Part shown: positions 55,694-64,000 of the stretch, piece by piece
How the letters are laid out: every line of letters begins with the position of its first letter
Position numbering within the stretch: the stretch's first letter is position 1
Assembly: GCA_963749705.1 (NCBI GenBank)
Contig: CAVVNQ010000004.1
Span: 64,001-128,000, forward strand
Direction: 5' to 3'
Origin: an uncultured Chloroflexia bacterium
Lineage (GTDB): Bacteria > Chloroflexota > Limnocylindria > Limnocylindrales > CSP1-4
Length of the DNA stretch: 64,000 nucleotides
The notes under the pieces: generated by a model
The model's input: the letters and a program-made list of their open reading frames with translations, nothing else
Database searches by the model: none
Told to the model about the DNA's origin: nothing
Position numbers and translations under genes: made by a program

Positions 55694-56884
55694 TCAGTCC
55701 CTGAGCGCATCGCCGCCGCCCAGCGGCACATCGGTCCGACGCCACCGACGCGCGCCCCTGGCCGGGAGATAGCGCCAACCCACCAGCGCGCCCGCCACGG
55801 CGAGCAACGCGGAGATCCCGAACAGGACCTGGGGCCCGCCCTCGGCGTACAGGAGCCCGCCGACGACGTTGGCCAGGAACGCCGCCACCCCCGCCGTGGT
55901 GATCGAGATCAACGCCTGCCCCGATCCCTGGAGGCGCGGCGGCATCACCTGCTGGATGGTCATCACGCTCGCGATCCACAGCCCCGCAAACCCGACCCCC
56001 GAGATCAGCCGGGAGGCAACGATCGCGAGCGCCGACCCGAGCACCGCCCACAGCAGGAACGCCGACACGTACAGGGCCACCGACACCACGAACAGGCCCC
56101 GGATCCCGATCCGGGGCACCGCACGGCCAGCGGCGACCATGGCACCGACCTCGGCGGCGGCCGCGACCGCGGATGACAGGGCCACCTCGGGCGCCCCGCC
56201 GCCCAGCTCGACGATCCGCAGCGACAGGAACGTGAAGCCGGCGAACACGCCGACGTACGCCAGGCCGACCGCGACCAGGACCCGGGGCATGGCCGGGTCG
56301 ACCGCGAATGCCTCGCGGATCGCGCCGCCGCGACGGTGCGCGGTGAGCTGCGCGCGCCCCAGGTCCGGGATCCGGCGCGCGACCAGCGCGATCGCGACCG
56401 CCAACACGAGGAACATGACCCCGGCCGGCCAGTACCCGAGCGCCCCGTACAGCACCCCGAATGCGACCGCCGCGACCGCGAACGCCGCGCTCGACCCACT
56501 GCGGACCCGCCCGTACTCGCGCCCGGGGTCACGCATCGCGTTGACCGCCAGCGCATCGGACAGGGGTCCCGCGGCGCCGTAGCAGGCGGCATACGCGACA
56601 TAGGCGGCCCCCACCGCAAGCGGCGGCAACGGAAGCAGGAACAGCACCAGCAGCCCCGCCGCCAGCAGGATCGACACGCTGAGCGCCCGGGCGCGCCCGA
56701 GCACGACATCGCCCAGGTGGCCCCACACGGACACCGACACGATGAACGCGACCGAGGTGAGCGCCGTCACCAGGCCGATCACGGCCGGGCTGAACCCACG
56801 GCCCGCGAGGATCACGGAGGCGAACGGACCCAGCACGGCAATCTCGGCGCCGTTGAGCACGAACAGCAGGCGAATGCGGACCAT
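55694..56884 (-). CDS. MFS transporter
   Basis: About 12 hydrophobic segments; WGHLGD, EYGRVRSG.S, P.RLQGSGQA motifs. Confidence 0.85.
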   Translation of the reverse strand: MVRIRLLFVLNGAEIAVLGPFASVILAGRGFSPAVIGLVTALTSVAFIVSVSVWGHLGDVVLGRARALSVSILLAAGLLVLFLLPLPPLAVGAAYVAYAACYGAAGPLSDALAVNAMRDPGREYGRVRSGSSAAFAVAAVAFGVLYGALGYWPAGVMFLVLAVAIALVARRIPDLGRAQLTAHRRGGAIREAFAVDPAMPRVLVAVGLAYVGVFAGFTFLSLRIVELGGGAPEVALSSAVAAAAEVGAMVAAGRAVPRIGIRGLFVVSVALYVSAFLLWAVLGSALAIVASRLISGVGFAGLWIASVMTIQQVMPPRLQGSGQALISITTAGVAAFLANVVGGLLYAEGGPQVLFGISALLAVAGALVGWRYLPARGARRWRRTDVPLGGGDALRD

Positions 56885-56938
56885 CGTGGACCCGTCCAGG
56901 GCGCCGAAGCGCGATGCCGCCGGCGCGGCGGCGTGGCG

Positions 56939-57943
56939 TCAGCCGAAGCGCTCGCGAAGCCTCGGCAGGATGACCTTCCCGTAGCGCGCGATGGCCGTCT
57001 CCTGGTCGTTGCCCGGGAAGTGGAACACGAGGTGGTTGAGCCCGTAGGAGAGGTACGGGGCGATCTGGTCCACGTGCTCGTCGGGATCGTCGGACACGAG
57101 CCAGCGGGTGTGCGCGTAGGGCTCGGCGTGCTTGGCGAGGATCTCCATCTGGCGCGGGTCGTGGACGCCGACCTTCATCTCGCCCGGCAGGGCCAGCGCC
57201 GCCCAGACCTTGGTGTCCTCCATCGCCCGCGAACGATCGGGGTCGAAGCTGACCTTCATCTCGATCATCCGGTCCATCGCCGCGGCGTCCCGCCCGACCT
57301 TCGCGGCCCCCTCGGCGAGCGCCGGCAGGAGGGTGTCGGTGTACAGCTCGGCACCCTTGCCGCTGGTGCAGATGAACCCGTCGGCGATCCGCCCGGCGAG
57401 CCTCGCCGCGGCCGGACCCGAGGCCGCGATGTAGATCGGGACGGGCGTGTCCGGGCGATCATAGACCGTCGCCTCGTGGGTGCGGAAGAACTCGCCGCTG
57501 AAGTCGACGAACTCCTCGCGCCATAGCCGCCCGATGAGGGTCACCGCCTCCTTGAGCCGCGCGAACCGCTCCTTCTGTTCGGGCCAGTCCACGCCTACGG
57601 GGACCTCGTTCATCGACTCCCCGGTGCCGACGCCCAGGATCACCCGTCCGGGGGCCAGGCAGGCCAGGGTCGCGAACGCCTGGGCAACGATCGCGGGGTT
57701 GTATCGGAATGAAGGGGTGAGCACGCTCGTACCCAGCGTCACCCGCTGGGTCGCCTGGGTCGCGGCACCCAGCCAGACGAGCGCGTTGGGGGCATGACCG
57801 TCGGTGTGGCGCCAGGGCTGGAAGTGGTCGCTCGTCCATACGGAGTCGAACCCCGCGGCCTCGGCCGCCACCGCGAGGTCCAGCAGGCGGCGGGGCGGAA
57901 ACTGCTCTGCGGACGCCTTGTAGCCGAGGGTCAGTCGGGGCAT
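56939..57943 (-). CDS. fgd: F420-dependent glucose-6-phosphate (sugar-6-phosphate) dehydrogenase
   Basis: LGYKASAEQF, SDHFQPWRH..GHAP, LGTSVLTPSFRYNPAIVAQAFATL, LGVGTGESMNE, KERFARL.E, DGFICTSGKG.ELY. Confidence 0.93.
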   Translation of the reverse strand: MPRLTLGYKASAEQFPPRRLLDLAVAAEAAGFDSVWTSDHFQPWRHTDGHAPNALVWLGAATQATQRVTLGTSVLTPSFRYNPAIVAQAFATLACLAPGRVILGVGTGESMNEVPVGVDWPEQKERFARLKEAVTLIGRLWREEFVDFSGEFFRTHEATVYDRPDTPVPIYIAASGPAAARLAGRIADGFICTSGKGAELYTDTLLPALAEGAAKVGRDAAAMDRMIEMKVSFDPDRSRAMEDTKVWAALALPGEMKVGVHDPRQMEILAKHAEPYAHTRWLVSDDPDEHVDQIAPYLSYGLNHLVFHFPGNDQETAIARYGKVILPRLRERFG

Positions 57944-57971
57944 TCGGGACCTCTGTGCGTTCTGGGCATGC

Positions 57972-58868
57972 TCAGCGGGCGATGGCGAGCACGCCGGCTC
58001 CCGCCAGGACCAGCATAGCCCCGACGATCCGGCGGGACACCTCGCCGGGGTCCCGGGCCTCGCGCAGCCGGACGACGCCCCAGGTGGTGGCGAGGAGCAC
58101 GGCGGACTCGCGGAGCGGGGCCACCACGGCGAGCGGTGCGCGCTGCAGGGCCGCCAGGACCAGCCCGTACGCGGCGACCGTGAGCACGCCCGCCGACACC
58201 GCGCGCCGGCGGGCTGCCCCGACCCCCATCGTGGCGACTGGAAGATCGCCGCGCCGGGCCCGGACGATGGCGATCAGGCCAAGCCCGAGCGCGCCCGTCG
58301 GCCACAGGATCCCCGCGTACAGCCACGGTGGCACGAGCTGGACGCCCACGCGATCGATGGCCGAGTACGAGGCGATCATCGCGCCCGTGAGCAGCGCGAA
58401 CCCGGCCGCGGATCGATCGTCGCGCGCCTCTGCCGCGCGCAGCAGGCGCCACGGCCGTTGGACGATGAGCAGGCTCGCGACCAGGAGCGCGACGCCCAGG
58501 ATCGCCCCGGGCGCCAGTCGCTCGCCCAGGACGCCGACACCCAGGATGATCGCGAGCAGCGGTGCGCTGCCGCGCGCGAGCGGGTACACGAGCGACAGGT
58601 CGCCGCGACGGTAGGCCGCGGCGAGGAACAGGAAGTACACCACCTCCACCCCGCCCGAGGCCACGCCAAGCAGCCACGCGTCGTTGGGGATCGCGGGCCG
58701 TCCCAGCGTCAGCCACCCCACCGCCACCGCGGGCACGAGCACCACGGACACCGCGACGAGCCCGACCGTCGCGGTCCACAGCGGGTCGTCCGCGGTCTTG
58801 AGCAGCACGTTCCACGCGGCGTGGAGGACCGCCGCCAGCGCGATGAAGGCGAGGGCGAGCGGATCCAC
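57972..58868 (-). CDS. EamA/DMT family transporter
   Basis: AAVLHAAWN, AYRRGDLSLVYPLARGSAP, Y.AIDRVG, VAPLRES. Confidence 0.9.
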   Translation of the reverse strand: MDPLALAFIALAAVLHAAWNVLLKTADDPLWTATVGLVAVSVVLVPAVAVGWLTLGRPAIPNDAWLLGVASGGVEVVYFLFLAAAYRRGDLSLVYPLARGSAPLLAIILGVGVLGERLAPGAILGVALLVASLLIVQRPWRLLRAAEARDDRSAAGFALLTGAMIASYSAIDRVGVQLVPPWLYAGILWPTGALGLGLIAIVRARRGDLPVATMGVGAARRRAVSAGVLTVAAYGLVLAALQRAPLAVVAPLRESAVLLATTWGVVRLREARDPGEVSRRIVGAMLVLAGAGVLAIAR

Positions 58869-58966
58869 GCGCGAAGTCTAGGGTCCGGACCCTGGCCGGC
58901 GGACCGCTCGTTGCGGGTCGGCGAAGCACTCGCCGGATGCGTGTTCGCCGCCGCCGGTTCGCCCGA

Positions 58967-59932
58967 CTACCCGGATCCGGCCGCCGGCCAGCCGCCGAGC
59001 TCGGCGAGCGTCGGCGGATCGGCGCCGGCTCGCTCGCAGGCCATCGCGGACGCGCGGACCGCGAACCGCGCCGCGTCGAGCGCCGACCGGGCGTCATGGA
59101 GGCCTGCTCGTCCCACCCCGGCGCGGACGATGGCGGCGAGGAAGGCACCGCCGAACGTATCGCCCGCACCCACCGTGTCGACGACCCGCACCCTCGGGAC
59201 CGGCACCACGTGGTTCGCACCCCCCGCGTGCACCGTGACCGAGCGACCGCCGTCGGTGAGCAGGACGACCCGGTCGCCATCCCCGGCCAGCCGGGCGACC
59301 GCCTCGGGCAGCGGGACCCCCGGCTGCAGGTAGGCGAGGTCGTCGGCGCTGACCTTGACCACGTCGGTCCGCTCCATCACGCGCGCCACCCGCGCCCGGT
59401 AGCCATCCGGATCGGCGGTGATCGATGGCCGGCAGTTGGGATCGACCATGAGGATCACGTCATCGGGAAGCGTCGCCGCCAGCGATTCCAGCGTGGTGGC
59501 CATCGGCTCGAGCACGAACCCCAGCGTGCCCAGGTGCACGGCGCGCGTCGCTGCCGGCAGCCCGGCTTGGAGCGGCCCGATGTCCACCGCCGGCGCGGAC
59601 GTCCCATCCACGTAGAACCGGTACGCCGCGACGCCGTGCTCGTCGAGCTCGGCCAGGGCGAGCGTCGTCGGCAGGTCAGTTCGCTGGACGTGGTCGAGCG
59701 ACACGCCGTCGCGGACGAGCCCGGTCTCCAGCATCCGCCCGAAGCGATCCGACGACAGCCCGCCGATCCAGGCCACCGGAACCCCCAGGCGGGCGACGGC
59801 CCGGGCAGTGTTGTACGGTCCGCCACCGGGTGCCGGCACCAGCCGTCCGTCGGCGAGCACGATCAGGTCGATCAGCGCCTCGCCGGCGACCACGATCAGC
59901 GCCGGTTCGCCGGACGTTTCCTGGCTGGTCAT
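58967..59932 (-). CDS. PfkB family carbohydrate kinase (fructokinase-like)
   Basis: GEALIDL, PGGGPYNTA...ARLG, DPNCRP, VVKVS..DL, VVDTVGAGDTFGG. Confidence 0.92.
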   Translation of the reverse strand: MTSQETSGEPALIVVAGEALIDLIVLADGRLVPAPGGGPYNTARAVARLGVPVAWIGGLSSDRFGRMLETGLVRDGVSLDHVQRTDLPTTLALAELDEHGVAAYRFYVDGTSAPAVDIGPLQAGLPAATRAVHLGTLGFVLEPMATTLESLAATLPDDVILMVDPNCRPSITADPDGYRARVARVMERTDVVKVSADDLAYLQPGVPLPEAVARLAGDGDRVVLLTDGGRSVTVHAGGANHVVPVPRVRVVDTVGAGDTFGGAFLAAIVRAGVGRAGLHDARSALDAARFAVRASAMACERAGADPPTLAELGGWPAAGSG

Positions 59933-60025
59933 GGCTGGAGGCTACTGCCTCGCGGCGGGCCGCGCCAACCCGCCGGAGCGCAGGCCCGTCGACGCCACGA
60001 CCGCCCGCGGCAGCGGATCGGCAGG

Positions 60026-60094
60026 TTGACACGGCTCGTGGCCGGACCTAGCATGCGACCTGCACATATGAGCATTGATGTACGCACATGAGCA
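60026..60094 (+). promoter_or_regulatory. Promoter and tandem operators of the microcompartment operon
   Basis: TTGACA (60026)-N17-TAGCAT (60049); TGCACATATGAGCA (60061-60074) and TACGCACATGAGCA (60081-60094) at a 20-bp period. Confidence 0.78.
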
Positions 60095-60107
60095 ACGCGG
60101 GGCGCGC

Positions 60108-61103
60108 GTGACGACCGTCGCTGCCCCGGTTCGCGGCGCCTCGGATCCGCGCCTGCTCGTTCGCGTCGCGCGGATGTACTACGGCATGGCGCTGACCCAG
60201 GAGGAGATCGGCGCGAGGCTCGGTCTGAGCCGGTTCAAGGTCGGCAGGCTGCTGGACCGGGCGGTCCGCGAGTCGATCGTGCGGATCGAGATCGTCCACC
60301 CCGCCGCCCGGCTGGTCGAGATCGAGGAGCAGCTGGTCGCCCGCTTCGGGCTGCGCGCGGCGGTCGTCGCCGACGCCGGGTCCGGTCCGGTCACCGCGGA
60401 GGGGTCGGTCGAGGCCGCGACCGCCGTCGCGCGGGAGGCGGTGGCCAGGGCTGCCGCCCGGTATCTCGCCGAGATCCGACCGACGGGCGCGATCGGCGTG
60501 TCGTGGGGCCGGACGATGCTCGAGCTGGCCCGTGCCCTGGAGCCGGGCTGGACGACCGCGACCGAGATCGTCCAGCTCAACGGGGCGACGTCACGCTCGG
60601 CGACGCCGACGCGTGCCGGCGAGATCGTGGACCGGTTCGGGGTCACCAGCGGCGGATCGATCCGGCTCATGCCCGCGCCGGCGATCGTGGGGTCGGCCGC
60701 GCTGCGGACCGCGCTCGAGGCGGACCCGTCCGTGGGCGACACGCTGCAGGCGGCCCGGCGGGCGCCGTTCGCCGTGTTCAGCCTCGGCATCCCGGAGCCC
60801 GGCAGCGTCCTCGTGGAGTCCGGGTTCGTGGCGCCCGCGGACCGGAAGCTCCTGCGCCGGGCGGGCGCGGTCGGCGACATCCTGGGCCGGTTCCTCGCAC
60901 CCGACGGCCGGATCGCGCTGCCGGACCTCGACCAGCGCACGGTCGGCCTGCCGCTCGACGAGCTCGCGGCCAAGGACCACACCATCGGGCTCGCCGCCGG
61001 ACCCGGTCGCGGTCCCATCGCGCTCGCGGCCATCCGCGCGGGCTGCGTGAACACCCTGATCACCGACGAAGGAACGGCTGACTGGCTGGTTGCGCATGGC
61101 TGA
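60108..61103 (+). CDS. SorC/DeoR(Bacillus)-type sugar-phosphate-binding regulator
   Basis: VARMYYGMALTQEEIG.RLGLSRFKV.RLL..A, IGVSWGRT, GAVGDI.GRF, NTLITDE.TA. Confidence 0.93.
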   Translation: MTTVAAPVRGASDPRLLVRVARMYYGMALTQEEIGARLGLSRFKVGRLLDRAVRESIVRIEIVHPAARLVEIEEQLVARFGLRAAVVADAGSGPVTAEGSVEAATAVAREAVARAAARYLAEIRPTGAIGVSWGRTMLELARALEPGWTTATEIVQLNGATSRSATPTRAGEIVDRFGVTSGGSIRLMPAPAIVGSAALRTALEADPSVGDTLQAARRAPFAVFSLGIPEPGSVLVESGFVAPADRKLLRRAGAVGDILGRFLAPDGRIALPDLDQRTVGLPLDELAAKDHTIGLAAGPGRGPIALAAIRAGCVNTLITDEGTADWLVAHG

Positions 61104-61719
61104 GCCGCGGATCCGCCCCACCGAGCAGGACGTGCGGGACGTGGTCCGGCGCATCGTCGACGCCGTGTACGTACCCTCGGCCACGGTCGCCCCGACGACG
61201 GCGGCCGCACACATCGATGCCGGGGCCGCCGACGGGCAGCGTCCGTCCTCCATCGCCATCGGCGCCGACCATGGCGGCTTCCGGCTCAAGGAGCAGCTCC
61301 GGCAGGCGCTGGCCGAGCGCGGCCACGCGGTCCACGACTGCGGGACCGGCAGCGAGGACGCGGTCGACTACCCGGATCTCGCGCTGGCCGTCGCGAAGCT
61401 GGTCGCCGACGGCACGTGCAGCGTCGGGATCGTCGTGGACGGCGCCGGCATCGGCTCGTGCATGGCCGCCAACAAGGTGCCCGGCGTACGCGCCGCCATG
61501 TGCTACGACCTCTCAACGGCACGCAACAGCCGCGAGCACAATCACGCCAACGTGCTCACGCTCGGGGCGCGGCTCATCGGCGCCGGGCTTGCGCTCGACA
61601 TCGTGACCGAGTGGCTGGCCACGCCCTGGGGGCCGGGTCGCCACGCGGCCCGCGTCGACAAGATCACCGCCATCGAGCGGCACTACCTGAAGGACGGCAC
61701 CGGGGTTGGGACGCGATGA
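61096..61719 (+). CDS. rpiB: RpiB/LacA/LacB family sugar-phosphate isomerase with N-terminal putative encapsulation peptide
   Basis: [63 protein letters not shown]. Confidence 0.9.
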   Translation: MAEPRIRPTEQDVRDVVRRIVDAVYVPSATVAPTTAAAHIDAGAADGQRPSSIAIGADHGGFRLKEQLRQALAERGHAVHDCGTGSEDAVDYPDLALAVAKLVADGTCSVGIVVDGAGIGSCMAANKVPGVRAAMCYDLSTARNSREHNHANVLTLGARLIGAGLALDIVTEWLATPWGPGRHAARVDKITAIERHYLKDGTGVGTR

Positions 61720-62582
61720 CGACGATCGATGACCGGGACCTGCTGATCGAGACGATCACGCGGGAGGTGCTGGCGACGTTCTCGCTGGGCGGCGAGACGT
61801 GCATCAACTGCGGCGGGTCGTGCGCCGCGCATTGCGCGGACAAGGTCCGCGACGTCGTGACCAACGGCGCCAGCCGGATCGCGTACCACGGCCGGGGCAG
61901 CGACGTGCCGCTGGACCTCGCCGGCTACATCGACCACACCCTGCTCCGCCCCGACGCCACCGCGGCCGACATCGACCGCCTGTGCGCGGAGGCCGTCGAG
62001 CACCACTTCGCGGCGGTGTGCATCAACCCCACCTGGATCCGACGCGCGGCGGACAACGTGCGCGGGACCGATGTCGCGGTCGCCTCGGTGATCGGCTTCC
62101 CGTTCGGCGCCGCGACGACCGAGGTCAAGGCCATGGAGGCGCGCCGCGCCATCCGCGACGGGGCGCGCGAGATCGACATGGTGATCAACATCGGGGCGCT
62201 CAAGAGCGGCATGCTGGACGCGGTCCGCGAGGACATCGATCGCGTCTCCGACGCATGCCACGAGTCCGGGGCCCTCAACAAGGTGATCATCGAGACCGCG
62301 CTCCTCACCGACGAGGAGAAGGTCATCGCGTGTCACCTCGCGAAGGAGGCCAAGGCTGACTTCGTCAAGACCTCCACCGGCTACGCCTCGGGTGGCGCGA
62401 CCGTGTTCGACGTCGCCCTCATGCGCGAGGCGGTGGGCTCACGGATGGGCGTCAAGGCCTCGGGCGGGATCCGTACCGCCGAGGATGTCCAGGACATGAT
62501 CGCCGCCGGCGCCACCCGGATCGGGGCCTCCGCCGGCGTCAAGATCGTCACAGGAGAGAGGGGAGCGCGTGAGCAATATTGA
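61716..62582 (+). CDS. deoC: Deoxyribose-phosphate aldolase with N-terminal putative encapsulation peptide and Cys cluster
   Basis: [38 protein letters not shown] (Schiff-base Lys), [17 protein letters not shown]. Confidence 0.95.
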   Translation: MTTIDDRDLLIETITREVLATFSLGGETCINCGGSCAAHCADKVRDVVTNGASRIAYHGRGSDVPLDLAGYIDHTLLRPDATAADIDRLCAEAVEHHFAAVCINPTWIRRAADNVRGTDVAVASVIGFPFGAATTEVKAMEARRAIRDGAREIDMVINIGALKSGMLDAVREDIDRVSDACHESGALNKVIIETALLTDEEKVIACHLAKEAKADFVKTSTGYASGGATVFDVALMREAVGSRMGVKASGGIRTAEDVQDMIAAGATRIGASAGVKIVTGERGAREQY

Positions 62583-63198
62583 CCTTCGCGCCTATGTCTT
62601 CCTCGACAGCCTCCAGGCGCAGTACGCCGCGTTCCTGGGGACCGTCGCGCAGGGGTTCCTGCCGCTGGCCGGCGATGCGTCGCTGTCGATCGAGGTGTCG
62701 CCGGGCATCGAGATCAACCGGCTGACGGACATCGCCCTCAAGTCCACCTCGGTCAAGCCGGGGATGCAGATCATCGAGCGCTACTACGGCATGCTCGAGG
62801 TCCACTCCCCCTCGCAGGCGGAGGTCCGGGCGGCCGGGGCGGCCATCCTGCGCGAGATCGGGCTCGAGGAGACGGACCGGATCAAGCCCCGGATCCTGTC
62901 CAGCCAGATCATCCGCCGCATCGACGATCACCAGGCGCAGCTGATCAACCGCACCCGCCACGGCCAGATGCTGATCCCGGGCGAGACGCTGTACGTGCTC
63001 GAGCTCGAGCCCGCGGCCTACGCGGCCCTCGCCGCCAACGAGGCGGAGAAGGCGGCCCACATCAACATCCTCGAGGTCCGCTCGTTCGGCTCGATGGGCC
63101 GGATCTACCTGGGCGGCGAGGAACGGGACATCGACGTCGGCTGGCGCGCGGCGCTGGCCTCGATCGAGGGCCTCGACGGCCGCGAGGCCAAGAGCTGA
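62569..63198 (+). CDS. Tandem BMC-domain shell protein (BMC-T, CcmP/CsoS1D-like type)
   Basis: [72 protein letters not shown]. Confidence 0.9.
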   Translation: MSNIDLRAYVFLDSLQAQYAAFLGTVAQGFLPLAGDASLSIEVSPGIEINRLTDIALKSTSVKPGMQIIERYYGMLEVHSPSQAEVRAAGAAILREIGLEETDRIKPRILSSQIIRRIDDHQAQLINRTRHGQMLIPGETLYVLELEPAAYAALAANEAEKAAHINILEVRSFGSMGRIYLGGEERDIDVGWRAALASIEGLDGREAKS

Positions 63199-63244
63199 CA
63201 CCCACCACCAATACCGGCAATCACAACGGCGAAGGAGAGGATCG

Positions 63245-63553
63245 ATGGCTGAAGCACTGGGCATGATCGAGGCGCGCGGGTTCGCCGCGATGGTCGAGGC
63301 GGCCGACGCGATGGTCAAGGCGGCCAAGGTCGAGCTGGTGAGCTACGAGAAGACCGGCGGCGGCTACGTGACCGCGGTCGTGCGCGGTGACGTCGCGGCG
63401 GTCAAGGCGGCCGTCGAGGCGGGCGTCCGGGCCGCCACCAAGGTCGGCGAGGTGGTCACCAGCCACGTCATCGCGCGGCCGCACAGCAACGTGGACCTCG
63501 TCCTCCCGCTCGGTCGTGCCGAGCAGGCCAAGGGCGAGAAGGGCGACGACTGA
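63245..63553 (+). CDS. BMC hexamer shell protein (BMC-H, EutM/PduA-like)
   Basis: [25 protein letters not shown]...[23 protein letters not shown]...HVIARPH. Confidence 0.97.
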   Translation: MAEALGMIEARGFAAMVEAADAMVKAAKVELVSYEKTGGGYVTAVVRGDVAAVKAAVEAGVRAATKVGEVVTSHVIARPHSNVDLVLPLGRAEQAKGEKGDD

Positions 63554-63611
63554 CGTTCGCACCAGGGGCCGCGGTCGCAGCGCGATCGCGGCCCGGACCC
63601 GGGAGGAAGCC

Positions 63612-63899
63612 ATGCTCCTTGGACGGGTGGCCGGAACGGTCGTCTCCAGCCGCAAGGAACCGCTGATCGAGGGCTGGAAGCTGCTCCTCGTGCGCCAGCT
63701 CGACACCGACAACCACGAGGGCGGCGGCTACGTCGTCGCCGCCGACGCCGTGGGCGCCGGGGTGGGCGAGGTCGTCCTGTACGCGACGGGCAGCTCCGCG
63801 CGCCAGACCGAGATGACCAGGGATCGACCGTGCGACGCCGTGATCATGGCGATCGTCGACACCTGGGAGGTCGGCGGTCGTGAGATCTATCGGAAGTAG
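63612..63899 (+). CDS. BMC vertex pentamer (BMC-P, EutN/CcmL family)
   Basis: [15 protein letters not shown]...GWKLLLV...[20 protein letters not shown]...DAVIMAIVD. Confidence 0.96.
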   Translation: MLLGRVAGTVVSSRKEPLIEGWKLLLVRQLDTDNHEGGGYVVAADAVGAGVGEVVLYATGSSARQTEMTRDRPCDAVIMAIVDTWEVGGREIYRK

Positions 63900-63902
63900 C
63901 CG

Positions 63903-64000
63903 ATGAGCGACCTCAGCGAGCGCGACATCCAGGACATCATCGAGCGCGTCAGGCGGCGGATCGACGCCGCCTCCGAGGGCCGGGTGGGCACGGCGCTGCG
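63903..64000 (+). CDS. Partial CDS starting with a putative encapsulation peptide (next BMC cargo, possibly the aldehyde dehydrogenase)
   Basis: MSDLSERDIQDIIERVRRRIDAA amphipathic helix, 3 nt after the BMC-P stop; truncated by the window edge. Confidence 0.5.
   Translation, partial: MSDLSERDIQDIIERVRRRIDAASEGRVGTAL

Overview
High-GC bacterial chromosomal window with about 52 protein-coding genes and no rRNA, tRNA, CRISPR array or recognisable transposase/integrase. Gene content (F420 cof genes, fgd, homodimeric aceE, many apparently leaderless promoters) suggests an Actinomycetota-like or Chloroflexota (Limnocylindria-like) organism; this is inference only. Main blocks: housekeeping/salvage genes (cysteine-desulfurase-like, MarR, FTR1, aceE, pncA, mtnP, add); F420 genes (cofD, cofC, cofE, two F420 oxidoreductases, fgd); trxB behind a CsoR-type palindrome; argCJBRG with tandem ARG boxes and a candidate Arg-rich leader peptide, with argH detached; two paralogous STAND-ATPase/LuxR regulators that share a 20-bp palindrome and flank a small secreted two-Cys protein and a DUF4242 gene, followed by an arrestin-fold-like gene; a galactoside locus (galT, DeoR, ABC, GH2, GH36, GH26, galK); and the start of a sugar-phosphate-utilisation bacterial microcompartment locus (SorC regulator, RpiB, DeoC, BMC-T/H/P). 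Four genes carry single-base +1 frameshifts that are probably sequencing errors. The best candidates for undescribed biology are the STAND-LuxR/secreted-protein/DUF4242/arrestin module, the microcompartment cargo with unusual motifs, the arg leader ORF, and a candidate C-loop small RNA at about 4.9-5.0 kb. All family calls are by motif recognition; no database search was run.
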